Notes: generated by a model from the letters alone, not told the origin. A DNA stretch of 64,000 nt from an uncultured virus (IMG/VR IMGVR_UViG_3300037011_000237) (IMGVR_UViG_3300037011_000237); one strand, 5' to 3'; shown: positions 27,429-37,547, numbered from the stretch's first letter. Program-made: numbers and translations.

Positions 27429-29096
27429 CTATCCAAAAGCAGATCGCATAGCACCCTGTCCACTTATAGGATTTACTGCTAATTGTGTATACACATTACC
27501 ACTATCGTTCTTACCTAGGAACCGTACAATCAACATTTTGTCATAGTTGTTGGTATTAGTATATGTAAAGGTATCTGTTGCCCAAGTATCATTAGTATCA
27601 TCTGGGTAGATGAATTCTTTTAGTGGCGTTCCGGATATGAATGGTTCCATTGATTCGAGGAAAACCCATACACGAGGTTTGTATGCCATTGATACATCTT
27701 TGCGGATATAGAAAGTGAATTGGACAGCCTTACCAGCAGGTACTAGAACTTGCTTTTGCCAGAACCCAATAAACGACTCATAAGCTAAGGTTATTTGATA
27801 TGCTCTAACAAAACCGGAAGGTACAGGAGAGGCAACGTCAGTTGTATTTCCTCCCTTTGTCCATGCCCTAAACGCTCCGGGGGAGTTACCGTGATTTATA
27901 GATTCAAGATAATTTGTTTGACTAGTAGGATATTCAGACCAAACATCTGGAGAAGATGTGAGAACTTGATTGTACATCTTTCCACTAATACACCTCATAA
28001 TATCATTGGTATTATTAGTAAATGTTGCTCCGGTTAAGAAAAGTGTGCATTGATAAAATCCTTTTGTAGAACCTAGAAATGTACCACCAAGAATTTTTAT
28101 TTCAGAGTTTACCCCTATATTTGACATACCAGAGAATATTCCTCCTATAACAAGCGTTCCCGCACAATTATATATTCCAAGATTAGACCCGTGAAACTCA
28201 CCCCCACTAATTATAGCTCCAATAGAAGAGTTTACAATTCCTGTACCAATTCCGCAGAACACTCCTCCAGATATTGTAATATAGGCGGCACTATTAATCA
28301 TATAATTTGTAGCAGTAAATGTCCCACCAGATATAGACATACATGGATTACTCTGGAATATGATATATGTGGTATTAAATTCACCGCCAGAAATGGATAA
28401 TTTGCCCACTCCCGCAACAGAAGAAAAATTATATAGTGTAACTGTTGCAGTACCAACACCTATAATTTTAGTATTGCGTGTCATTAGGCAAATGGTAGTC
28501 CCAATTATCTTTGCAGCAGTTAGCCCCACACTAATGTCAATATAGGTAGATTGTATATCTTGTATAACCCTGCTTTCAGAATCATACCCTTTATTGACAT
28601 TATTAATCCTAATTGTATCCCCAATTGCCCATATATCGCCAGTAATGTTGGTATCAATCTCTAGGCGAGTTGCACCAATAATTTCTGCACCTGTAAGTCT
28701 TACTGTTTTTATAGATGGTTCTGTACCTACACATGAGAAAGTTAAACCACCACTACCTTGTACATACCAAGCTGTTCCCCCCGTTAGTGTATGCTTTGCA
28801 GTAAAAACGGTTGAACCCCAATTTACTGTCCCTGCACCAGCAAGGGTAGTTGCGGCTTTGATTTTGAGATAATATGACCCAGGAGTATTAGTACAATTTA
28901 GTGTACCAGTAACCGTTATTCCTGCAATACCATTGGGCCATGTTCCAGCATTGGACATATCTGCATCAAAGGTGCAGGTCTCATTAATTGGGATGGTGAC
29001 AGAATCGTTGTCTATTGGAAGAGTTCCCAAGTTCCAGTTACCAGCGGTTGTCCAGTTGTGGTTTACGCCAGCGTAGGTAAATGTTTTAGATGCCAT
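27429..29096 (-). CDS. beta-helix (pectin-lyase-like) protein with N-terminal G8-like segment, putative spike/adhesin
   Basis: NWTTAGNWNLGTLP...DSVTI start; recurring ISGG.F turns at about 21-22 aa spacing; beta-sandwich-like C-terminus. Confidence 0.55.
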   Translation of the reverse strand: MASKTFTYAGVNHNWTTAGNWNLGTLPIDNDSVTIPINETCTFDADMSNAGTWPNGIAGITVTGTLNCTNTPGSYYLKIKAATTLAGAGTVNWGSTVFTAKHTLTGGTAWYVQGSGGLTFSCVGTEPSIKTVRLTGAEIIGATRLEIDTNITGDIWAIGDTIRINNVNKGYDSESRVIQDIQSTYIDISVGLTAAKIIGTTICLMTRNTKIIGVGTATVTLYNFSSVAGVGKLSISGGEFNTTYIIFQSNPCMSISGGTFTATNYMINSAAYITISGGVFCGIGTGIVNSSIGAIISGGEFHGSNLGIYNCAGTLVIGGIFSGMSNIGVNSEIKILGGTFLGSTKGFYQCTLFLTGATFTNNTNDIMRCISGKMYNQVLTSSPDVWSEYPTSQTNYLESINHGNSPGAFRAWTKGGNTTDVASPVPSGFVRAYQITLAYESFIGFWQKQVLVPAGKAVQFTFYIRKDVSMAYKPRVWVFLESMEPFISGTPLKEFIYPDDTNDTWATDTFTYTNTNNYDKMLIVRFLGKNDSGNVYTQLAVNPISGQGAMRSAFG

Positions 29097-29099
29097 TAG

Positions 29100-29387
29100 T
29101 TACCTTATGATTATCATTGGTAGGCCCAGTGGTGTTACCCACCAGTCCAAAAAGCCGTCCAGCAAAACATGTGCAAAGAAGGCCGAAATAAATGCCAAGA
29201 CCAAACCCAATCCAGCCGTGAAAAGGCTTAATCCCAGAGTCAATCGCACATTGCCACGAAATATTCGGTAAGCACCGAATAAAATGGTCTGAGTCAAGCA
29301 AAAGGCTATAAGTCCCACAAGCCCAGAAAACAAAAAGTGAGTTGCGGATGGCTTGAAATAATTTATGATGAAAATTAGTGTCTCCAT
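29100..29387 (-). CDS. small membrane protein
   Basis: Two hydrophobic helices; fits exactly between neighbouring genes. Confidence 0.55.
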   Translation of the reverse strand: METLIFIINYFKPSATHFLFSGLVGLIAFCLTQTILFGAYRIFRGNVRLTLGLSLFTAGLGLVLAFISAFFAHVLLDGFLDWWVTPLGLPMIIIR

Positions 29388-29396
29388 TACTTATCA

Positions 29397-29717
29397 TTAA
29401 TCCTCGGATATATTGGTCTGTACCAAGAAAGAATCTATGGTAGTATGCCAACCTTGGTTAGTAAATTCCACATATCCCTGTATCTTCCATATACCAGTCT
29501 GGTCTATATCTCCATCAATAGATGTATACTGTATATATCCATCCAGCCCATTAGTATAAAAACTTGCTGTCTTGGTCAGATAAGTTCCATCTGGTTTCTT
29601 AAGTAAGATTTGTTTTACAGTACAGGATTGTAGGTCTACTGGAAGATCATCCTCTACAACCCTTATCCTGAATACCGTTCCAACATCACCTAAACGTAAT
29701 TTAGTAATCTCTTCCAT
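29397..29717 (-). CDS. BppU N-terminal-like Ig-fold structural protein
   Basis: GDVGTVFRI, PVDL, KKPDGT, DGYIQY...GDIDQTGIWKIQGYV. Confidence 0.65.
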   Translation of the reverse strand: MEEITKLRLGDVGTVFRIRVVEDDLPVDLQSCTVKQILLKKPDGTYLTKTASFYTNGLDGYIQYTSIDGDIDQTGIWKIQGYVEFTNQGWHTTIDSFLVQTNISED

Positions 29718-31511
29718 TTACCTTCTCCTAAAAGTCTTTGTTATGGCCTTTGTTATTTTCAAATCTTTACCTACCTCTTGATTTCTATCTATACTCAAAT
29801 CGTTGAAGTAACCTCTGGCGTAATTTAGTGCGAATAACAAAACAAATAGTGGGGTCATATCTATTGTATCAGAAATATGTATTTGAATTGCATCATCCAC
29901 CTGAAGTATATTATGTTGTACAAGGTCAAGAATCTCGGAAGTTTGATAATGTATTGCATCTTGTACTTCCAATATTGCAGGTAATATATAGAAGATTATC
30001 TCTTCTGCGGAGTGAAGTTGTGTGGCATCCTGTACTACAAGTATGTTATGCTGTACAAGTCCTACTGTCTCACTGATCATATCCTGATAACAGTTCTGAA
30101 CTTCCAGAATATGATGTTGAACTAGAACTACATTTTCTGCACTTTGGTCTTGTGTAGCGTTCTGTATAGCAACTGATATTTCTAATAATACATTCTCTAC
30201 AGATTGTAATTGAGTTGCATTATCTACAGAAAGAATATTATGTTGAGTTAGCCCTACACTTTCAACAGTATGGGCCTGAGTAGCATTGTCTACTACTAAT
30301 ATATTGTGCTGTACAAGAACTACATTTTCTGCTGAGTGACTCTGAGTAGCGTCTTGTATTTCCGCTACCACTGCTCCTGGAGCATGAGCAATTACAACAC
30401 AGTTCTCCGCAGTATGGTCTTGAGTGGCATTGTCTACAGCTAGTATATTATGTTGAATTAGTACAACATTTTCGGATGTTTGTAACTGAGTTGCGTCACT
30501 TACTACAAGTAGGTTGTGCTGTACTAACACAGTGTTTTCAGAAGTTTGTAGTTGAGTTGAATCTTGTACTGCTAAAATATTATGTTGAACTAAGTCTACA
30601 GTCTCTGATGTCTGAGTTTGGGTAGCATCTTGAACAACTAGATTTTGTGTAAATATTCCTACTGTATCTGCTGACTGTGCTTGGGTAGCGTCCTGAACAG
30701 CTAGATTCTGAGTGAAGTACCCTACGTTTTCAACAGTATGGTCTTGTGTAGCGTTATCTACTACTAGAAGAACTCCGTGAGCGGTAACAATGACATTCTC
30801 TGCTGTTTGTAGTTGTGTGGCATTATCTACTACCAGTATATTATGCTGTATTAAGGTACAATTTTCAGCAGATTGGTCTTGTGTTGCGTCTTGAACTACT
30901 AAGATATTATGCTGTACTAGAACAACATTTTCTACAGAATGATTCTGAGTAGCATCTTGAACTTCAAGTACTGTTACTGGTTCATGAGCAGTAACGACTA
31001 CATTTTCAGCAGATTGGTCTTGCGTTGAGTCTTGAACTGCTAAATTCTGAGTTAGATACCCAACATTTTCTGCGGTATGGTCGTGAGTAGCAGCATCTAC
31101 AGCTAGATTCTGAACTAGGTATCCTATATTTTCAACTGTATGATCCTGTGTAGCGTCCTGTACTGCAAGATTCTGAACAAGGTATCCGACAGTATCTACT
31201 GACTGTAGTTGGGTAGCATCCTGTACTACAAGGATATTATGTTGTATAAGAACTACATTTTCAGCAGACTGGTCTTGCGTTGAGTCTTGAACTTCTACTG
31301 CAGGGGGTGGAAGATTTTCTACAAAATAAGCATCTGTGTTAGATTGAGATAGTCCCTTATAAAATTTTGCCTGTGTATCTAGTAGTCTTTTATCTTCCAT
31401 TCCGGTTGCCATACCGGAGGTATTGGCAATACCACCAGAAGAACTACTTTTGGTGGTTTGATGAAATAGTTGAACCGCATAAAGAGAAGATCCGGTTCTA
31501 TAACTAGGCAA
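29718..31511 (-). CDS. tandem-repeat fibre-like protein (22 repeats of ~21-26 aa)
   Basis: Consensus L.VQDATQ.Q/HS.ENV.L.QHNI, counted 22 times by eye. Confidence 0.8.
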   Translation of the reverse strand: MPSYRTGSSLYAVQLFHQTTKSSSSGGIANTSGMATGMEDKRLLDTQAKFYKGLSQSNTDAYFVENLPPPAVEVQDSTQDQSAENVVLIQHNILVVQDATQLQSVDTVGYLVQNLAVQDATQDHTVENIGYLVQNLAVDAATHDHTAENVGYLTQNLAVQDSTQDQSAENVVVTAHEPVTVLEVQDATQNHSVENVVLVQHNILVVQDATQDQSAENCTLIQHNILVVDNATQLQTAENVIVTAHGVLLVVDNATQDHTVENVGYFTQNLAVQDATQAQSADTVGIFTQNLVVQDATQTQTSETVDLVQHNILAVQDSTQLQTSENTVLVQHNLLVVSDATQLQTSENVVLIQHNILAVDNATQDHTAENCVVIAHAPGAVVAEIQDATQSHSAENVVLVQHNILVVDNATQAHTVESVGLTQHNILSVDNATQLQSVENVLLEISVAIQNATQDQSAENVVLVQHHILEVQNCYQDMISETVGLVQHNILVVQDATQLHSAEEIIFYILPAILEVQDAIHYQTSEILDLVQHNILQVDDAIQIHISDTIDMTPLFVLLFALNYARGYFNDLSIDRNQEVGKDLKITKAITKTFRRR

Positions 31512-31514
31512 GGG

Positions 31515-31973
31515 TTATTCCTCCCAGACAAAAGTCCAATCTACAGTGGGACTAGCAGTTGCTGGAACATTTGCAATAGCCAATCCGGTTCCTGCTGGAA
31601 TAGCAATAGGAGGATCAAATATCCAACCAAATGCACTTCCAATAACTGCACCTAGGTGTGTTCTTGCCATAGCAGGTCCTTGTACTGTAGGAGCAGATGA
31701 AAATAATCCAAGGTCTAAAACACAAGTGGATTGAGGAGCTAACAAACGGTCTCTATCATTGTCAATATCCGGAGTTACTGTGCTTCCTGGAGTTCCTCTT
31801 GTAGAGGTCCTAATAAGTTGTAATGCCCATGCTACAGCAGATGAGGTAAACCCACTTATCTCTCTACAATAAATTACTTTTATTGCAGAGGCGTTCCACA
31901 ATACTGCTCCTGCTTGGTCAACTGAAGCACCCGTAGCGGCATTTCTTCCGCTTACTGAGTATCTTTGTGTCAT
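31515..31973 (-). CDS. putative structural protein, paralog A
   Basis: Shares GTPGSTVTP.I.NDRDR.LAP, FDPPI and terminal TFVWEE with 31976..32440. Confidence 0.65.
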   Translation of the reverse strand: MTQRYSVSGRNAATGASVDQAGAVLWNASAIKVIYCREISGFTSSAVAWALQLIRTSTRGTPGSTVTPDIDNDRDRLLAPQSTCVLDLGLFSSAPTVQGPAMARTHLGAVIGSAFGWIFDPPIAIPAGTGLAIANVPATASPTVDWTFVWEE

Positions 31974-31975
31974 AA

Positions 31976-32440
31976 TTACTCCTCCCAGACAAAAGTTACA
32001 TCTGCTGGTTGTCCTATTGTGGCTACGGATGTTGCAACTGCTAATCCCTCACCAGCAGCAACTCTAATAGGAGGATCGAATACCAATACTATACCTGATC
32101 CAATAGCGGCAGGTAAAGCATATCTGGCTAGAGCAGGAGTTTGTAAGACAGGCTGAGTAGATGCGTATGTTCCCATATACAACAGCACACCTGTTCCTGG
32201 AGCAAGTTGTCTATCTCTATCATTGTATATATTTGGAGTTACAGTACTCCCTGGGGTTGTTCCAGCAGTGGTTGAACGAGCAACCTGTATATAATCTGCT
32301 GTCGATATGGTTTTTGCATACCAAATCTCTCTTACCCACAATGGTTTACTTGCATGTGGATTCCAGAAGTTAGCTATAACGTAGTCTGCGGTGGAGGCAG
32401 TAGCTGTTGAACGACCTGCACACTGGTATCTACTAGGCAT
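31976..32440 (-). CDS. putative structural protein, paralog B
   Basis: Tandem paralog of 31515..31973. Confidence 0.65.
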   Translation of the reverse strand: MPSRYQCAGRSTATASTADYVIANFWNPHASKPLWVREIWYAKTISTADYIQVARSTTAGTTPGSTVTPNIYNDRDRQLAPGTGVLLYMGTYASTQPVLQTPALARYALPAAIGSGIVLVFDPPIRVAAGEGLAVATSVATIGQPADVTFVWEE

Positions 32441-32452
32441 AATTGCCTCCTT

Positions 32453-32824
32453 TTAGGTAGGGTCGTTTATTTGAATTATCCAAGCGGGAATATCAACCGT
32501 ACCACCACCAGTTAGAACCTGTGAGGTACAAGTTGTAACATATCTCAGGGTTGAACCAGCAGTTAAACCAAGGGCTATATGTGTTGCTGTTCCACCATGA
32601 TCAATAGTTACACCAGACTTTGCGGCTGGGGTACATTTACGACCACTTGTACCATTAGCTACTGGAAAATCTGTAGTGGGTGTCATTGCGGTTGTTGCTA
32701 AATCCACAACAGTTGCGGCATTACTATAGTCAGTAGGTTCTGCTGAACAAACAAACTCTTTATCGCACGCTTGTACATAAGCAAGTGCGGCATCAATCAT
32801 TGAATCTGGGGCTACTTTTCCCAT
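32453..32824 (-). CDS. small Thr/Ala/Gly-rich beta structural protein (putative fibre subunit)
   Basis: 123 aa; GTATHIAL...SQVLTGGGTVDIPAW..I.DP; strong AGGAG RBS; two genes downstream of the capsid-adjacent ORF. Confidence 0.55.
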   Translation of the reverse strand: MGKVAPDSMIDAALAYVQACDKEFVCSAEPTDYSNAATVVDLATTAMTPTTDFPVANGTSGRKCTPAAKSGVTIDHGGTATHIALGLTAGSTLRYVTTCTSQVLTGGGTVDIPAWIIQINDPT

Positions 32825-32828
32825 ATTA

Positions 32829-32963
32829 TTATTCTCCTATAATTGTTTTTTGTCCCATAATAGAGTCTTGAACTTCAAGAACATAATGTTTTACTTCTTT
32901 TGGTTCTTCTTTCTTTTCCTCTATTACTTCTTCTTCTTCTTTTATTTTAGGTTTTGGTTCCAT
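32829..32963 (-). CDS. 44 aa acidic peptide (not in ORF track)
   Basis: Manual translation MEPKPKIKEEEEVIEEKKEEPKEVKHYVLEVQDSIMGQKTIIGE*; GGAG RBS. Confidence 0.6.
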   Translation of the reverse strand: MEPKPKIKEEEEVIEEKKEEPKEVKHYVLEVQDSIMGQKTIIGE

Positions 32964-32974
32964 ATTTACTCCAA

Positions 32975-33463
32975 TTAACTTACTGGAAGTTTATTTATTT
33001 CAGAAAGTCTTGCTTCAATTGCTCCTACAATCTTTACAGATTTTTCTTGTTCTTTAGCAATTGTTATCATACGAAAAAGAACTGCTTCTGTTTCTACCTT
33101 ATTAAGAATACTTTGTAAGGTTAAAAACTTAGAGTTTACAATTTCGGTAAGTTTTTCATCAGAATAAGATTCAATTTTAGGCTCCTCATTTACTATTTCA
33201 GGACGAGTATGTGGTATAATATTTCCTTGGTCAAATTGACGTTTATTTGCTCTTTTGAAAAAAACATCCTCTTTTTCAGACCAAACATCAACAATATCTC
33301 TTCCTGGAAATTTCGGATTGGTTTCCAAAATTAGACCCACCGGAGTCTCCGAAAATGGGTCTAGAAGTTGTACGTAGATTTTCGCTAAAATTGTTTTCTT
33401 ATAGCTTTTATATGGCTTTCCAGTTTGCATATTGGAAAACGTTTCTAACCTATTCTCTGTCAT
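32975..33463 (-). CDS. hypothetical protein downstream of major capsid
   Basis: 162 aa ORF with a GAAAGGA RBS. Confidence 0.65.
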   Translation of the reverse strand: MTENRLETFSNMQTGKPYKSYKKTILAKIYVQLLDPFSETPVGLILETNPKFPGRDIVDVWSEKEDVFFKRANKRQFDQGNIIPHTRPEIVNEEPKIESYSDEKLTEIVNSKFLTLQSILNKVETEAVLFRMITIAKEQEKSVKIVGAIEARLSEINKLPVS

Positions 33464-33493
33464 TTTATAATCCTTTCTTCAAACCTTTATTTT

Positions 33494-33533
33494 AAAATAT
33501 AATAAGGATGCTATACAGTTTACCCCTTATTAT
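33494..33533 (-). terminator. hairpin after the major capsid gene (terminator/attenuator-like)
   Basis: Inverted repeat ATAATAAGG / CCTTATTAT followed by ATTTT on the minus strand; AT-rich stem, probably weak. Confidence 0.4.
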
Positions 33534-33546
33534 TTCTAATGCCTAA

Positions 33547-34449
33547 TTACACAACTTCTAGAACAAAGATACCTTCGGCCTTGTCTATAATCATACCAAA
33601 TTGCTGATATAAAGACAGAGTCCAGTACGGAGGTATGGGTCGTGGGTCAGTCCATTCTTGATATTTAATGTCACCGTAAGTAATAAACTCACCAACATTC
33701 TTACCAATAACAACAACCTTATCGGTAGGAATCATAGTGTTATAATCATCAAGATTATCGTAGACCTGCTCAACAGCTATAATAGGAGCACCATAATAGC
33801 GTCCTAACCAACCGGTTTGCATTATTTCACGAATATTGTCAGGAACTTCAATATTATCAGTACCATCAGACCAAGAAGCACCAAAGGTAGTAATAGGTGT
33901 CAAGGCAGCACGAGTACCAATAACAGCACGAACTCCACCTGTAGTTTCATTGATATAATCAATGGCATTTTTCAGAGCTAGAGCGGTAATATCACCACCA
34001 ATGTCCGTAAAGTTAGTAGCGTTATTACCAGCAGTCCACAGGGTTGAAAGAGCTGTGAAGACTTTACCGAAGTAAAAGTCACGAAGTTTGGAGAGCATCT
34101 CGTTACGAATTGAACCAACAGTACCAAGTTCACCTGAATCTAATTCCCAAGCATTAGCACCAACGCTAACAACAGCACCGTCTAGAACATAGTTCATACG
34201 TTCTGACACAGTGATTTCATCTTTCAGATGAATAGCACCGGGAACAAGCGTGCGAACTTTAATACCCTTTCTCATTTTCTTAACAAGCTGGTCTCCGGGT
34301 TGAAGTGCTCTGGTATTCAAGAACATACCAATAAAATCAACCCCAATATGACCGGGATTAGCATACTCCACAATCATCTGAGCAAGTGCGTCTCTCTTCC
34401 CTGAGTCCTTTATTACGGAAGCGACAGCATCCTTTAATTTTTCATCCAT
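33547..34449 (-). CDS. major capsid protein
   Basis: 300 aa after protease and decoration genes; AGGAGG RBS; GWLGRYYGAPII and C-terminal QQFGMII typical of HK97-fold capsids. Confidence 0.8.
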   Translation of the reverse strand: MDEKLKDAVASVIKDSGKRDALAQMIVEYANPGHIGVDFIGMFLNTRALQPGDQLVKKMRKGIKVRTLVPGAIHLKDEITVSERMNYVLDGAVVSVGANAWELDSGELGTVGSIRNEMLSKLRDFYFGKVFTALSTLWTAGNNATNFTDIGGDITALALKNAIDYINETTGGVRAVIGTRAALTPITTFGASWSDGTDNIEVPDNIREIMQTGWLGRYYGAPIIAVEQVYDNLDDYNTMIPTDKVVVIGKNVGEFITYGDIKYQEWTDPRPIPPYWTLSLYQQFGMIIDKAEGIFVLEVV

Positions 34450-34471
34450 TTTATTAAATTCCTCCTAAAAA

Positions 34472-35038
34472 TTATTCTACCCGGATTGTTAAATCACCGT
34501 CAGCAGAATCGTACCGTTCAGTATATCCAATCATACCAACTGCATTAGCAGAACAGTATGTAGGTTTACCCTTGTTATTCCCATCGTAAGCAATTTTAAC
34601 GCCAGCACCGGGTTTAATAATGTCCGCACTAGAAACATATCCACCAAGCGGAATGGTGAATGTGCCCTCTGTATAAACCAGTGAAGGAGTACCAGAAGGA
34701 ATAGTCTGACCTTCGGTGTAACCCGGATAGGTCAAATAAATTGTGGAGCCTTCAATTGGGGTATTAGCGTCCTCACTCCACCCACCTCTTCGAGCACCTT
34801 GGTCAAGTGTCGGTTGAGGAATATACATAGGTGTAGAACTATTACTAACAGCCCAAGTCAAACAAAACTTGCAACGAGTTGCGTCATCAGCAGAGGCAGG
34901 AAGTTTTACACCAACTACGTCTTCCCTACTACCAAAATCGTAGGAAAAAGAATGTTCACAAAGTAGAACAAATCTTCCTTCAACGATATCTTCTGTAGGA
35001 ATAACGCCTAAAACGTCTTCAAATCTATTAATTTCCAT
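34472..35038 (-). CDS. capsid decoration / cement protein
   Basis: 188 aa beta-rich protein between the protease/scaffold and capsid genes. Confidence 0.55.
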   Translation of the reverse strand: MEINRFEDVLGVIPTEDIVEGRFVLLCEHSFSYDFGSREDVVGVKLPASADDATRCKFCLTWAVSNSSTPMYIPQPTLDQGARRGGWSEDANTPIEGSTIYLTYPGYTEGQTIPSGTPSLVYTEGTFTIPLGGYVSSADIIKPGAGVKIAYDGNNKGKPTYCSANAVGMIGYTERYDSADGDLTIRVE

Positions 35039-35060
35039 AGTATTTTATAATCTCCAATAT

Positions 35061-36047
35061 TTATTTCCCCTGAGTTCGCAGGGCTTCGCCAAGGAATTTA
35101 GGGGTAAAGTCAGGTGTGGTTGTCGTGTTAGTAATAGGAGGAATTTTAGTTTTGTCCTCTTTATTTTCTAGAGTTTCAGGAACAGTAAATACTTTTAAAT
35201 CCTGTAACATGAATTCAAGAGTACTTTCATCTAAAGACAATAACTTTTCCTTATTCTCTTCAAAATATTTGTCATCTTTTACAATCTTAGCGGAAGTAAA
35301 TTTCTGTTTAATAGTTCCTAACTTTTTACGTTCTGATTCTACTTTTTCTACTTCAGCTTTAAAATTCTTTAACCCGACAAGTTCAGTATCTTTTTCAATA
35401 CTTTGTTTCTTTATTTCGTCTAGTTGGGATTTAAATTCATCCCGTTCTTTTTGTGCTTTTTCCAATTCCTTCTCAACTTCGTCAGCCATTTCCTCTTTCC
35501 TTTCGTCAGAAGCGAATGCTTCTATTGATGTTCTGCCACGATATGCGGGTAATCCCACAATAGTTGCAGCAGTTAAAAACACATTTTTAAGTGTGGTAAT
35601 ACCATCTGTTTCTTCAGATGCTTCTGTATCATATGTTAATTCCCAAGAAAGATTGACGTTCTTTCCAGATTTTAGTTCTTCTTTAATTTGTTCAACATCC
35701 TTGGGTCTTTCTTTACTCCACAATGTAGCAATTCCCTTAACCTTATCTTCCACCTGTTTTAGATGCGTTATAACTCCCATAGGGAAAGATTCATTATGTC
35801 CCTTTTCAATCTTATTAAATGCCTTTTTAATAGGCATATATATACCACTATTAATAAGATTAGGAAACTCTTCTTGTGGAATTCGCTGCTTATTTCCGTT
35901 TGGTTTATCATCAGTAAGTGTAAACTTAATATAATTTACACTTGGGTTCAAAGATAGTGATGCAGTTGCATCTCCACCAGTTTCTGGACCCTCTAATGAT
36001 TGTACCATATCTTCTAAATTTGCAGTAAATGTAGCCTTATTTTCCAT
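35061..36047 (-). CDS. prohead protease / scaffold fusion
   Basis: N-terminal NGNKQRI, GH, NLSWEL, TIVGLPAY; C-terminal charged coiled coil; follows the portal gene. Confidence 0.7.
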   Translation of the reverse strand: MENKATFTANLEDMVQSLEGPETGGDATASLSLNPSVNYIKFTLTDDKPNGNKQRIPQEEFPNLINSGIYMPIKKAFNKIEKGHNESFPMGVITHLKQVEDKVKGIATLWSKERPKDVEQIKEELKSGKNVNLSWELTYDTEASEETDGITTLKNVFLTAATIVGLPAYRGRTSIEAFASDERKEEMADEVEKELEKAQKERDEFKSQLDEIKKQSIEKDTELVGLKNFKAEVEKVESERKKLGTIKQKFTSAKIVKDDKYFEENKEKLLSLDESTLEFMLQDLKVFTVPETLENKEDKTKIPPITNTTTTPDFTPKFLGEALRTQGK

Positions 36048-37542
36048 TATTTGTTACCTTCTTTTGTGTAGTAGTTGTTTTCTTTACTGTAGGTGCTTGT
36101 CCGGGACCAGTTGGCGGTCTACTGTTGGGACTTTCACCAAAAGCCGGAACATCAAATACTTCTACTTTATCTTGTTCTAATGCTCTTTTCTCAACTTCAT
36201 CATTAAAGTTGTAACCAAGAACCTTTGCCATAGAGTCTCTACTTAATCCACCACTATCAAATAATTTAGCTAATGCCGTAATATAAGACTCAAATTTGTG
36301 GAAGTTAATAGGTTCAAATTCCACTTCTGGAGTATTAGCAAATTTATTTCTTTTAGAAACTTGATAAACAATTTCTTTAATAACTGTTAATATCTTTTCC
36401 CTAAAGTTTTCCATTGTTTTAATAGGGGATAAGGAAGCAAATTCTTGGTCTCCTGCACTACTTTTTTCTGTTTCTCCTGTGATTAATATTCTTGGAAATC
36501 CCAGAGCAAATAAAATTTCTTGGTTTATTTCCTGATATTTAGAATCGTTAATTAGGACATCAACGTCAGGAAATATCCACTTTAATTGTACCACATGTGA
36601 CGTAAACAGCTGAAATATGTTCTCAATATCGTTATTTCCACGATTTCTCCATAGTAATTGTTCCTTTAAACCATCCATAAATTTCTTATCTTCTTCACTT
36701 TCAGTCATTGGATAGTCATCACTACCAACAGAAATTTGTAAAATAGCACTTAGAACTTTATTTGCAATAGAATAATCTGTTCGTCTAAGATTTCTTTTAT
36801 GCTCTAAAATATCCACAGCAGCAGAAAGATATGGTGTAGGATATGGAGATTCTGTAGTAATTCTTCGTCTTATAATAAAATCATTTTCGAGTAATATTTT
36901 ATTCTGTCCTTCTTTTATTTTACTTACAAAAGTTGGTGAATAAGATTCAAATTCTTTATATAATGCTTGGTCTTCACTACCATCTGGATATATACCATTA
37001 TTCCTAATAAAGTGTAACATTTCATCAGGAATAGTAACAAAATATGATGGTTGATCTGGAAGAACTGACGATTTTATTTCTATGGTAGCTGGGTCTCTAA
37101 CCCACATAGTTTCAGGCATTTGTAAAGAGTCATATTTCTTTATTCCTAAAGATTTAACTTCGTCTTTTTCCATTGTTCCATATTCAATTTCAGGAACAAC
37201 TAATCCAGATATAAGAAATTCTAATGCCATATCTTCTGCAAAGACTATAAGTTTATCACTTAATCCTTCAAACACTCTGAATTCATTATCAGATAGTCCG
37301 TTTTTATGAAACACTAAATTATTAATACCAATATCAATTAATTTATTGATAGTAGTTGCTGTAAGCGGGTCACGTTTATAATAAAATCTACACCGCTTTA
37401 TCATTTCTATAAAGTCTGGTTGTGGACCCTTAGTATCTTTATCTTTCTTCCAAGTATATCTCCAAGGATTTTTGGAAATATCATTTTGGTCTAAAGATAC
37501 TATAGCAGCAGTTGCATTTTGTAACCTTGGTTTATCAGTCAT
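36037..37542 (-). CDS. portal protein
   Basis: About 500 aa directly after terL; CRFYYKRDPL..TTINKLID; EILFALGFP; Pro/Lys-rich C-terminal tail. Confidence 0.8.
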   Translation of the reverse strand: MTDKPRLQNATAAIVSLDQNDISKNPWRYTWKKDKDTKGPQPDFIEMIKRCRFYYKRDPLTATTINKLIDIGINNLVFHKNGLSDNEFRVFEGLSDKLIVFAEDMALEFLISGLVVPEIEYGTMEKDEVKSLGIKKYDSLQMPETMWVRDPATIEIKSSVLPDQPSYFVTIPDEMLHFIRNNGIYPDGSEDQALYKEFESYSPTFVSKIKEGQNKILLENDFIIRRRITTESPYPTPYLSAAVDILEHKRNLRRTDYSIANKVLSAILQISVGSDDYPMTESEEDKKFMDGLKEQLLWRNRGNNDIENIFQLFTSHVVQLKWIFPDVDVLINDSKYQEINQEILFALGFPRILITGETEKSSAGDQEFASLSPIKTMENFREKILTVIKEIVYQVSKRNKFANTPEVEFEPINFHKFESYITALAKLFDSGGLSRDSMAKVLGYNFNDEVEKRALEQDKVEVFDVPAFGESPNSRPPTGPGQAPTVKKTTTTQKKVTNNGK

Positions 37543-37547
37543 TTTAT

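Noticed and set aside
29086..29451. Alternative minus-strand ORF of 121 aa
   Set aside because: Overlaps both neighbours; 29100..29387 fits the gap and has coherent TM segments.
29900..31300. Possible CRISPR array or DGR repeats
   Set aside because: The repeats are degenerate, in-frame coding repeats without unique spacers; no reverse transcriptase or adenine-specific TR/VR pair was seen.
35116..35934. 272 aa plus-strand ORF, and similar antisense ORFs such as 18135..18623, 18915..19337 and 60773..61237
   Set aside because: Antisense shadows of well-supported minus-strand genes, with Ser/Phe/Leu-rich composition and no motifs.
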